DNA of 19,118 nucleotides from a virus (taxonomy: Duplodnaviria > Heunggongvirae > Uroviricota > Caudoviricetes). The notes under the pieces are model-generated. The model had not been told where the DNA came from. It searched no databases and saw only the letters and a list, made by a program, of their open reading frames with translations. Location: the IMG/VR virus record IMGVR_UViG_2897375277_000001, positions 1 through 19,118 of that record, one strand, 5' to 3'. The stretch's first letter is position 1, and each line of letters opens with the position of its first letter. Positions 8,450-18,065 of this stretch are shown here, in pieces. The position numbers and the translations under genes are program-made.

Positions 8450-8864
8450 GCATTATCGCACTCCACAGATCATCAAAAGAAATCATTACCGGTCCGTCAC
8501 GACGCCAGAGAGTGATACTGTTACCCAGTTCATTAATCCCGGTGCGGCGGATATCCAGATCAATACGGGACACCACACCGTCATCAATCATCCATTGCAG
8601 GCATTCGCGGATATACCCCCTTACCGTCTGCACCAGCTGATTGGTCAGTTTGCCGCGCTGAAGCAGCCACAGCCGGGAGCCGTAACGGTCATTCTGTACC
8701 GCAGGCCAGGTATCCCCCCACCATCCCATCGGGACGTCGGCATTGTCATCAGGCTCCGCCCGCCGCCAGGTAAACAGGGAAATCACCACGGCGCGGGTCA
8801 GCGGATCCAGCGGTGCGCTGGCGCAGGTGCGTTTACCGTTCACCGTCAGCCACAGTTCCATCAT
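8436..8864 (-). CDS. Phage GP46-family baseplate protein
   Basis: 142-aa ORF, overlapping neighbours on both sides, expected position after the spike gene. Confidence 0.6.
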   Translation of the reverse strand: MMELWLTVNGKRTCASAPLDPLTRAVVISLFTWRRAEPDDNADVPMGWWGDTWPAVQNDRYGSRLWLLQRGKLTNQLVQTVRGYIRECLQWMIDDGVVSRIDLDIRRTGINELGNSITLWRRDGPVMISFDDLWSAIMHGGQ

Positions 8865-9409
8865 GCCTCCATCGCTTTATCCGGTTTGTCGGTGTTACTG
8901 CCCTGACCGTTCTCTCTGTGACGATGGCCGTTATAGGCAAGCCGCATCGCTGACATGGTGGTGCCGCCGGAGTCGCACAGGTCTTTCACCTGTCCGGTCA
9001 CTTCCAGGTCCATTTCAAAACGTGCTTTAGGTGAATTGCGAAACGTGATCGTTTTACCTGCACCGTCCACCACGATCCCCTCCCGGGTCAGCGTCACGGA
9101 CTGCCCCTGATCGTCATAGACAGCCACCTCACCCGTCTGCAGCCCTTTCAGGCGGTAGCGCCGGTCCGACACCGTAACAACCACCGCATGAGAACGGTCG
9201 CCATCCGGAAACAACACCACCGCTTCCGCACCGCTGTTTGCCCTTGAGGTAAAACCGTAGGGTTCAAGATGTTCAACCCCTGCTTTGGGTTCACCGGCAA
9301 TCAGGGACACATCCACGGTCTGACATTTCGTGGCGGCACTGATGCTTTTCACCACGGCCCGCCCAATCAGGCCGAGGAGTTGTCGCTGCATGGCTTCAAT
9401 CGTCCTCAT
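8861..9409 (-). CDS. Baseplate assembly protein V / spike (Mu gp45-like)
   Basis: 182-aa ORF; the N-terminal pattern MRTIEAMQRQLLGLIGRAVV...EPYGFTSRANSGAEAVVLFPDGDRSH is typical of the phage baseplate V family. Confidence 0.7.
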   Translation of the reverse strand: MRTIEAMQRQLLGLIGRAVVKSISAATKCQTVDVSLIAGEPKAGVEHLEPYGFTSRANSGAEAVVLFPDGDRSHAVVVTVSDRRYRLKGLQTGEVAVYDDQGQSVTLTREGIVVDGAGKTITFRNSPKARFEMDLEVTGQVKDLCDSGGTTMSAMRLAYNGHRHRENGQGSNTDKPDKAMEA

Positions 9410-10488
9410 CAGAACGGATCCTCCTGTACTCTGGCTTTTTTCTTTTTCCGCGAGCCGGGGGCTTCGGGTTCAGGCAGATAAGCATCAGGCGGGCCGACAC
9501 GGATTTCCGTCAGGGTGCCGTTCTGGTCCTGAGTAAACGTGACTTCCGAAACAAGCAGTTCGGTATTGTCGAAACCACAGACCGGATCGAAGACAATCAC
9601 CCGCTGGTTGGGCTGCCACAGCGTACCGTTACCCTGTCGCCAGCCCTGCACCACATAGGTGGTTTCATCCGTCCGCGCCGCCCGTTGCCGGGCTTCAAAG
9701 TCAGCACGGGCAATACAGCCTGCCCCCGTGGCCTGCCCTGTCTGCCTGATATACATCGGACGGTAACGGGCAATAAATGCGTCCTCTGTGCGGGCCCGCA
9801 GCGCGGTGGTGGTGGCCTCACCGAAATCATCGTCGTTTCCGGCACGCTGCCCCGCCACCTGGTAAACTGAAAACCGCTCCCGGATACTCTTCTCCGTATC
9901 ACAGGAAAGGATGTTTTCCCCAAGTACCAGCGCGGTATGTGCCCGCGTTGAGCCAATACCGCCAATCACCAGCCTGCCGTGCGGGTCGTCATAAGCCAGC
10001 GCCTGCTGCTGACCGAGTATTTTGTTGATTACCTCAATCACCGTTTCACCGTGATCAGGCTGGACATCAGGAATAACACCCGACGGCGCACCGCTGTTCA
10101 CCACCTCAATGCCGAAAGGCGCAGCAAGCGCCTGCGCAATCTGTACCAGCGATCGTCCGTTAAACTGTGTCGGTTCGGCTGCACAGTCAATCAGGTCAGC
10201 GGTCAGACTACGTCCGGCAATACCGGTGCTGACCGAACGGGCATCGTAACGAACGGGCGTCGCCTCCACCCAGCCAGTGATCACCAGCTCATCACCAATC
10301 AGCACTTCCACTTTTGAACCGTTTTTAATGCGCGGCTGAAGCGTGGTGATACCCTCATCTCCCGGCCACTGGCGGGTGATCTCCACACTGAAATCCCGCG
10401 CCAGTCGTTCAACACCGGCACCGATGCGCACCGATGTCCAGCCATTCCACTCCCGGCCATTTACCCGTAGCGTGACGTTATCGTTCAT
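9409..10488 (-). CDS. Mu P (gp44)/P2 gpD-like tail protein
   Basis: 359-aa ORF, gene order and translation character. Confidence 0.55.
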   Translation of the reverse strand: MNDNVTLRVNGREWNGWTSVRIGAGVERLARDFSVEITRQWPGDEGITTLQPRIKNGSKVEVLIGDELVITGWVEATPVRYDARSVSTGIAGRSLTADLIDCAAEPTQFNGRSLVQIAQALAAPFGIEVVNSGAPSGVIPDVQPDHGETVIEVINKILGQQQALAYDDPHGRLVIGGIGSTRAHTALVLGENILSCDTEKSIRERFSVYQVAGQRAGNDDDFGEATTTALRARTEDAFIARYRPMYIRQTGQATGAGCIARADFEARQRAARTDETTYVVQGWRQGNGTLWQPNQRVIVFDPVCGFDNTELLVSEVTFTQDQNGTLTEIRVGPPDAYLPEPEAPGSRKKKKARVQEDPF

Positions 10489-11812
10489 TGCACTGGCACC
10501 TTCAGAGGGATCACCGGCACAAAGCCGGGATGCGTAATGGCATTACGCCGGATAATGTCCCCGTCACGCGCCGCGTTATCAAACCAGGTCGCCGCCAGCA
10601 CCAGCGCGGGTAAAACCTCATCCGGCGTGCGCTGAATGATCCGTGCAGACTGTTCAAGGCGCGTGTTGATATCCGCATTCAGATCTGCTTTCACCCGGCG
10701 CAGCGCCAGAAACAGCGCATCACTGGTTGTACGGGACAACTCCTTATCAATTGCCGTATTCAGTGTGTCGCGAATGTCAGTCAGTTCTTCCCACGTTGGC
10801 AGGTCAACCGTGCTTTTCACCGCCGGTGCATTGTTCAGTGCCGGATGCGTGACGGAAGGCCAGCCAGTGCTCTGCGCGGGTGTTGTTGCCTGCCCCACTG
10901 CGGCATTCTGCATCACCGCGGAAGTTGTTGGCGCAGGCAATCGGGTGACGGCATACGCCGCTTCGCTGATTGCGGTCGTACGAAGGATGCTGGCAACCAC
11001 GTTACGCTGCTGTGTCGCCGTGGCGGTGGTTTTACTGTCCGTTTTCCAGACGCCGCGCGGTTGCAGATCGCTGCCAAGGCTGACACCGGAAAGCGTTTTG
11101 ATCATGGTGACCAGGTCGCTGGCGTTACCATAAAGGCGTTTCCCGGTACGCCACATTTTCTGCACCTGCTCAACGAAATTTTTGCCTGACGATGGCGGCG
11201 GCAGAAGTACCGAGATATCCCCTGCAACAGCCTGGCGGCATCCGATACGGCAGAATCCACCACTTTCATCGCATCAGAAACATACCCAAGCATTGTGCCG
11301 GCATTACCGACGACGTCGTTCTGCACAAAATCTGCCACGCCATCGATACTGAAACTACTGAAACTGTCACTGATGCAGTCATCCAGTGCAGAACAGGATG
11401 ACATCAGCGTCTGCGCCGTCGCCGCACCTGATGTGGGGTAAGAGAGTTCTCCCGCTTCGACAAACTTCAGGTCAAAGCGGACAATACGCCCTTCACTCTT
11501 CGATGTGCTGACCCGAACCTCTCCGTCAACACAGACTTTCAGCTCACCGTAAGTCGGATGGACAAGCGTGCCAGGACCGGGTTTATTCAGCGCGTCAATC
11601 AGGCGATCGCGCTGGTCAAAGCAGTCATCTCCCACCACATAAGCCGTGATGGACGGGCGGAAAGTGATTTTCCCCAGGTCTTCGGTATAGGGTTTGTCGC
11701 GGTTCGGGTATTCGTGCGTTTCCACACGACGACCGGTTCCCGTACTTTCTTCTTCAACCTTAAACGGCACACCGCGAAATGACGCGTCCTGAAGTCTGTC
11801 TTTCCACGTCAT
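10485..11812 (-). CDS. Mu N (gp43)-like DNA circulation protein, with an apparent frameshift near 11219..11222
   Basis: Likely start is ATG at 11812..11810 (MTWKDRLQDASFRGVPFKV) with GGAG 6 nt upstream. The frame of ORF 11102..11854 turns junk-like after ...SDAARLLQG, and the neighbouring frame reads on as DISVLLPPPSSGKNFVEQVQKMWRTGK...; the switch is at a CCCC run (plus strand). Confidence 0.55.
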
Positions 11813-11827
11813 ATAAACTCCGTACAT

Positions 11828-11849
11828 AAAAAATCCCACCGGAGTGGGA
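11828..11849 (-). terminator. Putative intrinsic terminator/attenuator between tape measure and N-like genes
   Basis: Minus strand reads TCCCAC-TCCG-GTGGGA followed by TTTTTT, 24 nt after the tape-measure stop. Confidence 0.45.
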
Positions 11850-11872
11850 CTCATTAACAGATTAATTTTTCA

Positions 11873-13696
11873 TTACCTGCCAAAGCACGTATAGCCAACA
11901 TCATGGCTGACATCAAAACCGCTGGATCGCGTTTCCATAACCCGCATCCCCGGAGGCGAATTCACAAAAGAGACCTTGATCTCACCATCAACTTTTGGCG
12001 CAGAAGCTTTGTTAATCATGAAGGGATTCGAGCCTGTGGCACCGGAGGCGTTGTTTGACTGAGCCGGATCCACCGCCGGATAAGGTGTGTATCCCGCGCC
12101 GGTATTCCCGTCCCATAAGCATCATAAGCACCCGCGCCCCACTGCGCAGAGTTAATGCATCGACCGTGTCACCGGAACTGTCGGTAAACCACTCAATAAT
12201 TGGCTTCAGCTTGTCCCACATATCCTGAAACCACTTAACAACCGGTCCCCAGTTATTGATCACCATCCCCAGCGGCGACCAGGCAAAAACCTTCTTAAGA
12301 AGTTCCCAGCCAGTCTCAAAATAAGGACCAATGGTTTCCAGAGTTTCTTGAAATAAGGTCCGACAACATCCCAATTAGTGATAATTAATCCCGCAGCCAG
12401 GGCTATCGCCGTCGCAATCATGCCAATCGGCGTCATCGACATGATCCTGCTGACAATACTGATGGCACCGCCAACGCCCATCAATCCCAGTTTCAGAATC
12501 GCAAGACCGGCAGCAAGCCCGACGACACCGCGAATAACCCGGGGATTTTCATCCGCAAACTTCGTGAATTTTTCCCCTAACTCCCCCAGCCATTGCGTGA
12601 TATTTTTGGCGTCACCAGAAAATGCGCCGCCAATAGCCGCAAGGCCGTTAGTTGCGGTCCCCGTCATTGCCTCCCACAGGTTGGACAGCGTACCAAGCTG
12701 GGCCTGAACACGTTTATTCAGGCTGGCCTGTTTATTCATCTTCTGCTGGATCTGATCGTAGCCATCCTTTCCTTTATCGATTAGTGCATTGACCACCTGA
12801 AGGGTTTCGGCATCATCACCAAATATTGCCTTAAGTACACCTGTTCGCTTAACGTCGGTCAGTTTTCGCAGCTTTGCCAGTTGCCTGAACATGTTATCAA
12901 GACCGCCAAAACTTCCTTTGCCGTCAGTAAAATCGAGCTGTACCCCGAGTTTCTGGCGGGCCATGACTTTATTGACGTCCCTGATTTTCTTAACGCTTAA
13001 TCCGGACTGGATAACTTTTCGCAGGGCATTACCTGCCGACTCCCGTTCATCCCCATCTGATCCATCATAACGCTGATGGGGGCAAGGCTCTGTGCAGCCT
13101 GAAGACCGTCCTTGTTCACCATCTTCAGAACAGAACTGGTTTTAGTGAAGAAGGACAACATGTTGTATCGTCAACGCCCAGATAAAACGCCTTCTGGATA
13201 GTGTCGAACAGCCCCATCATGTCTTCTGACGCCGTTCCGGTAGCATCCTGCATCTTTGCAGCAAACTCAGCAGCCGCTTCCGGTGTTTTTTCAGTTGTAC
13301 CGCAAGATAAGCTGTCGCTTTACCCACACCGCCAAGAATGTTTTCTGCGGGATCCCTGACGCACCAGCATCTGCATCATGTTCTGGAAATCAGCCGTTGT
13401 ACGGGTAGCTGGTTACCCAGGCCAATAGCCAGTTTATTGATGTCCTGAAAGCGCTTTCCGACCTCACCGTTCGCATCCATCATGGCAACTTTCAGCCCGT
13501 GGCGGCGTTTTCCTGATCGGCATAAGATTTCAGGAAAGCGTCAGACCCGCAGCCAGTCCGCCACCAAGCGCCAGCCCACCCTGTGACGCTTCTTCCGCCT
13601 GGCGTTTAAATCCCGGATTTTCTTTTGCATTTTCGACAGCGCGGGAGAAAGCCTGTCGACACCGGTGATCAACGCCTTAAGCTCAAATTCAGCCAT
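11873..13696 (-). CDS. Tail tape measure protein, with multiple apparent frameshifts
   Basis: Start ATG 13696..13694 (MAEFELKALITGVDRLSPALSKMQKK) with GGAG upstream. ORFs 12260..12964, 12012..12374 and 11873..12073 are successive pieces of one protein in different frames; 12965..13696 has no ORF of 60 aa or more in any frame yet reads as tape-measure sequence across frame switches. Confidence 0.6.
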
Positions 13697-13835
13697 GTGT
13701 GCGTTTCTCCTGCTCTATCCTGTTTGCCTGACTGACCAGCAAGGAATTTCACTGATCGGCATATTCAGCAATTCGAAGGGATTAATGCGCCAGTAGCTGC
13801 GCAGTCAAAGAAGCGATCAGTGAGGTATTCAGCCG

Positions 13836-14102
13836 TCAGGCCTGGAGGAAAAAACCGGCCACAAGCCACGCCGCTGCATTCAGGTCTGCCGGAGACATCT
13901 GGTCGACAGAGCTTTGCGGCACTTTCGCCAGCCGCACAATGTATTTCGACACCACATGCGCCAGAAGTCTGACGGACTCATCCTGATTCATCTGGTAGGG
14001 ATACCCAGCTCGCGGACATCCTTCCGGTGGTTCATCAAACTCCAGTACGGAGAGTGTCTCGCCATGAGCAATAATCGGTTTCTTTAACTCAAGCTCTTTC
14101 AT
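13836..14102 (-). CDS. Tail assembly chaperone (Mu gp41 / P2 gpE-like)
   Basis: ATG at 14102..14100 (MKELELKKPIIAHGETLSVLEFDEP...); lies between tube and tape measure; carries a slippery heptamer 2 codons before its stop. Confidence 0.55.
   Translation of the reverse strand: MKELELKKPIIAHGETLSVLEFDEPPEGCPRAGYPYQMNQDESVRLLAHVVSKYIVRLAKVPQSSVDQMSPADLNAAAWLVAGFFLQA
13848..13854 (-). other. Candidate programmed -1 ribosomal frameshift site T-TTT-TTC in the chaperone gene
   Basis: Minus-strand zero-frame codons GGT-TTT-TTC immediately before ...LQA-stop; the -1 frame stays open for 29 more codons to a TGA at 13765..13767. Confidence 0.4.
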
Positions 14103-14454
14103 TACTGGTAATCCCTTCTTCACCGTGGAACTCAAGATCAACCGTGCCTTCTTCGGCATTATGGTTCGCTTCGCCGTGCAGCCAGGCAGACGACAGTACA
14201 TAGACCTGACCGTTCGCCAGCTCGGCAGTGATTGTCATCTCATCAGACGAGGTGATTTTGCTCACCGGAAAATTCTTCGCACCTTGAAGGTCCCTTTGAC
14301 ATAAGGCGCACGGTGAGTTTCCTTGCGGTCCACTGAACCGTCCAGGCCGATGATGTCATCATTGACCGTCCTGTTCATGGCACCTCAATGCCGCCGGTCA
14401 GCGATAGCTGCTGACCGTCAATTTTGAAATAACAGGTTCCCCGATACGGGCCAT
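14089..14454 (-). CDS. Tail tube protein, with apparent frameshifts
   Basis: Start ATG overlaps the sheath stop (TAATG at 14457..14452). Translation pieces MARIGEP..., FKIDGQQLSLTGGIEV and TVNDDIIGLDGSVDRKETHRAPYVKGTFKV fall in different frames; one switch is at a CCCC run at 14439..14442. Confidence 0.45.
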
Positions 14455-16072
14455 TATGCGGACTCCTCTGAATACTGAAGACGGAACTGGTTAACCACGG
14501 CAAAGACACGCAACTGGTTAACATAGTCAGGCGGGAACAGCGTGTTCAGGCGGTTCGGATCGCTGGCATCACGCTCCACAACCAGGTACTGCTTAAAAAG
14601 TTCGTAGTTTTCCACGATCCCGCACGCTCAAGCTGACGGTAGGTTGCCAGCAGTTCCCTTTGATCACCGCCTGGGTGACAATCGCCTGACCGGACCAAAG
14701 CGGTACCGTCGCTGGCAAGCTTGTGACGCCCGTACTTACTGGTAATGACGGATTTCAGTTTGCGCAGTACATACGCACTGGTATGCAGCGTCTCGCTGTC
14801 GAGGTAGCTGTTATCCGCAACCCCGTAAGCGTTTTTCCTGTACGTGGTGACATCACGCTGAATGCGCAGTACCCGCTTTCGACATACGCCGTTGCCACGC
14901 CATGAGACAGCAGGGTCTGTTGTTCGGTCATCGTGAACCGTTTCCCCTTCGGCGCAGGCAGCATACCCACCAGCTCACCGTCTGCGTGGACGTGCCGGAT
15001 CGTTGCGGATAAACACCGCTGCGCGGGCGGTACGGCTTGCGCCAGCTCGTCGGCAGCGTCTGGTCTCTTTTCGTACCCGCCAGGGTAATGTGCTGCTGGT
15101 TAAACTGGTCACCTGCGTCACCAGTTCTGACAGCGTGCCGATCTTTGCCGTATACACATGACCATACAGCTGACGCGCATAGCTCCAGCGACCGCTGGTA
15201 TCGTTCATCTCGGTCACCAGCGTGTTAACGGAGCCGTGTCGTTGAACGGCAGGCCGATATAATCAAACGGCTCATCCGCCATTGCAGCCACCGCGCCGGT
15301 GAGAACAGGAGAACCCGTTCCGGCGGTACCCGTCGCCACGGCAATCTGTACGCCGCTGGCAGCACTTCGCCCCACCAAGCCGTAGTAATTGAGGCTGACA
15401 GGAATTTCATTCCGCAAAGCCCTTATGACGCGCGGTCAGTGTGACCACGCCAGCGAAGATGAAGCTGTAAACGCAGAGTCGGAACGGCATTGATGGCATC
15501 CTGGATACTGCCGGCAATCGTCGCGACGTTATCGCCATTGGTCACCGGTGCCTGCACGCGGGTACGTCCACATAAACATTCACCGTGCGGTTTCGGTTGC
15601 CGCCCGGTCACCGTCAGCGTAACCGTTGCCGCCGCGCCTGTGGCTTCCGGAACGGCAATCACATACAGCTCGCAAACGGGTCAGTCTGGCGATAAGCCTC
15701 GACCATACGCGCCAGCTGACTTCCCGCACCACAAATCTGGAGTGCATAGTCTGCCGACGGCATCAGTACCAGACTGTTGGCAACAATCTCTGCACCGTTA
15801 TTGCATGACCAATCAGCAGCGATGCTCCGCTGTCCTGTGCAGTATTCGCCGCCTGGTTATCCATTTCCGCATAAACAACGGAACCAGCGTATTCGACGGA
15901 ATGGTGTTAAAGCTTATCGTCATCGGTATTCACCTTTTTATTCACGCGCCGGATATCACCCGCTGCTTCACGGCGCAGCCAGTAGTTGTTCTCGTCAACA
16001 TTTCGCCCTTCGCGGCAAAGGTCGCCGCGGCAGGGTCAGGAACTGACCGCCCTTTAACAGGTTGACAAACAT
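14455..16072 (-). CDS. Tail sheath protein, with multiple apparent frameshifts
   Basis: Start ATG 16072..16070 with GAGGA upstream. The translation across frames reads ISFNTIPSNTLVPLF-YAEMDN...NTAQDSGASLLIGHAIT... and MTEMNDTSGRWSYARQLYGHVYTAKIGTLSELV..., which looks like a contractile sheath. Only ORFs of 80 aa or less survive in this 1.6-kb stretch. Confidence 0.55.
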
Positions 16073-16074
16073 GA

Positions 16075-17130
16075 GGATCCTCAGAAGGAAGGGTTATTTC
16101 GGTGTGATGTTCGATATCGCCGTCAGGCCGTTACGGGCTCGAGATAATCAACATCAATCGCCAGCGTTTGCAGTTCATCCAGACTGTTCAGATCATCCTG
16201 CTGGCGGGTATCGTCTTCAGTCAGCTCGCTGATGACCGAAAAATCGAACTGATAAATCAGCTCATGACGATTCAGATCCAGCAGCGTGCCGCCGTCATAG
16301 GTAATCGGGTTACCGCACGCCTCCGGGTTCCAGCCAGCAGAGCCTTAAGAGCATCTGCGGACATCGTCCACCACATCATACGAGGCAAACTGACCGCGCT
16401 CATCACGCCCGTTACTCAGTATGACAACCACGGAGAAACCTCTTTCAGCTCCTGCAGTAGTCGGTCTGGCTTTGTTTCTCCCGAGAATCATCACCCGGTA
16501 CAACATATGCCGCCGGGAGTTTCAGCTTCCGACCTCCGGCAGATTTTGAACTGGGCGCGCCTGCAACCCGGTTTTCAAAATACGGACAGCGGGCACGCAG
16601 TGCAGCAATAACAGGCGTCAGTTTCATCTGTGTCGTCGCTCCGGCTTCAGTGATTACGCAATTCCGCGCCAGAAAATAGCGTGTCCAGCTGCGGTTCTTT
16701 TCAAGAGTTTCCACCATGAAGTTATTACGTGGAGCCAGTCGCCAGCCGCTGCCACCGGATGCACCACGATGATGGCTGCGACGACGCTTTGCCCTCTCTT
16801 CACGCCATAGAACAAAAAGCCGGATAAAATCACGGTGATGCGGCGTTTCCCTCACCATTACGCTGGTTAGGGGCTATACGAGCCATAAACCGGGCGATGT
16901 TTACTGGCTCTGGGTACCATATAACCAATCGAACGTGCCAGGCGTCCGGTCTGATAACCGGGGTTTTCACCCGGTGCCGACCGCGCACGGCGCATCACAG
17001 CCGACGGCATCACGCATATGACGCTGACCAATCGTGACAAACGCCGCCGGACACGGGCGCGGTTAAAGCGCATCTCCGCGGCTGCTGAAATCAACGTGCA
17101 AAAAGGAAGTCGCCATTGTTGCCTCCGTGA
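16075..17130 (-). other. Fragmented minus-strand virion morphogenesis / tail completion genes (not resolved)
   Basis: Protein-like minus-strand translation in pieces across frames (for example ...GNPITYDGGTLLDLNRHELIYQFDFSVISELTEDD...), with no long intact ORF. Confidence 0.3.
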
Positions 17131-17136
17131 CTCTGC

Positions 17137-17499
17137 CTACATTCGCCCAGCTCCGTACACTCCAGCAGCAGAAAGCGCCGCGCACCGTTCAGATCGCGCT
17201 GACGTTTCACCGGTACACACTATCACCGCAGACCACCTCATAATCAGCGGTGATCCCCCGGCGGTAGCGAATGGTGATGTAATGGGTGATGGCGTCTCCG
17301 GTCTGCGCGGTTTCCTGCCAGGTGGTGGCACTGGTCTGGACAACCTTCGCCCATGCCGGAACGCAACCGGGTATTGAGGCTCCACGCCAAAGTTATCCGA
17401 GGGCATATCCACCCGCTGGCGGATCAGGACGCGTTTATTCAGTTCGCCGGGGTCCGGCAGAATGTAGGTTGCGCTGGTCTGCGCCTGACGAATTTTCAT
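17137..17499 (-). CDS. Head-tail adaptor / head closure protein, with apparent frameshift
   Basis: N-terminus MKIRQAQTSATYILPDPGELNKRVLIRQRVDMPSDNFG resembles the adaptor family; the ORF then turns proline/arginine-rich and junk-like while another frame reads TGDAITHYITIRYRRGITADYEVVCGDSVYR. Confidence 0.4.
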   Translation of the reverse strand: MKIRQAQTSATYILPDPGELNKRVLIRQRVDMPSDNFGVEPQYPVAFRHGRRLSRPVPPPGRKPRRPETPSPITSPFATAGGSPLIMRWSAVIVCTGETSARSERCAALSAAGVYGAGRM

Positions 17500-17817
17500 T
17501 GCGGAAAGTACCTGTACGGGCCGACAAGCCAGCCAAAACTCTGCGGCATGTCGAGTTTCTCCACTTCCGTAACCGAAGAGCGGTTTTCGTAAAAATGGCT
17601 GATAAGCATCAGCATCCCCAGACGAATATCATCGGTAGTGCAGCCCGTCCGGATCGCTGTCCGGAATGGTTTCATCCGGTGCATAGAGCTTCCGGTTCAG
17701 ATACGTTTCCGTCCGCTTTTGTGCCGCACATGCCAGCAGTTGCAGATGGCGGTCATCAGTATCGAAATCCTCATCCAGCCGGAGTTGGGCTTTAATCTCT
17801 TCCATTGTCAGAAGCAT
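17496..17817 (-). CDS. gp6-like head-tail connector protein, with apparent frameshift
   Basis: N-terminus MLLTMEEIKAQLRLDEDFDTDDRHLQLLACAAQKRTETYLNR (ORF 17629..17817) and C-terminus ...DDIRLGMLMLISHFYENRSSVT...GPYRYF (ORF 17496..17684) are in different frames. Confidence 0.55.
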
Positions 17818-18016
17818 ACTCAGCCCTCTTTACTGGTCGTGGCTTTTTCTCTTTTGCCGCTTTACTGCTTTTTGCACTGATTCCGCGCTCTGCTAACCCG
17901 GCCTGAAGTGCAATCTCCTGCACCCGGGCAGGAAGCGCCCCGTCGTCATACTCACCCCGAATGACCTCAACACGCATACCGTCCGGTGACCATTTCAGAT
18001 CTTGTTTCAGGATCAT
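17792..18016 (-). CDS. Hypothetical small phage protein downstream of the capsid gene
   Basis: 74-aa ORF with ATG 18016..18014, overlapping the connector start; no recognisable motif. Confidence 0.3.
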   Translation of the reverse strand: MILKQDLKWSPDGMRVEVIRGEYDDGALPARVQEIALQAGLAERGISAKSSKAAKEKKPRPVKRAEYASDNGRD

Positions 18017-18038
18017 GATTCTTCACCCGTCAGAACAG

Positions 18039-18058
18039 GGGGCGCGGTTCCGCGCCCC
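18039..18058 (-). other. GC-rich stem-loop immediately after the capsid stop (possible processing/stability or attenuating element)
   Basis: GGGGCGCGG-TT-CCGCGCCCC, a perfect 9-bp palindrome (effectively 8-bp stem with 4-nt loop), starting 7 nt after the capsid TAA at 18066..18068; no U-run follows on the minus strand. Confidence 0.4.
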
Positions 18059-18065
18059 TGAGTGA

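Noticed and set aside
8448-8906. 152-aa plus-strand ORF
   Set aside because: Antisense to the GP46-family and baseplate V-like genes, which tile the minus strand without gaps; translation is proline/arginine-rich.
10636-11189. Plus-strand ORFs of 165 and 114 aa
   Set aside because: Antisense to the N-like gene; no start context; composition typical of the GC-rich antisense frame.
12378-12784. Plus-strand ORFs of 109 and 63 aa
   Set aside because: Antisense to the tape measure gene, whose minus-strand translation is clearly protein-like here.
15490-16065. 191-aa plus-strand ORF, the longest in the sheath region
   Set aside because: The minus strand here translates, across frame switches, to recognisable sheath sequence; the plus ORF is the antisense frame surviving by chance.
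16168-16611. 147-aa plus-strand ORF in a stretch with no long minus-strand ORF
   Set aside because: Minus-strand translation here is protein-like in pieces (frameshifted phage gene), so the plus ORF is most likely antisense chance.
17018-17880. Plus-strand ORFs of 119, 169, 79 and 80 aa in the head region
   Set aside because: Antisense to connector and adaptor genes; translations are Pro/Arg/Ala-rich with no motifs.
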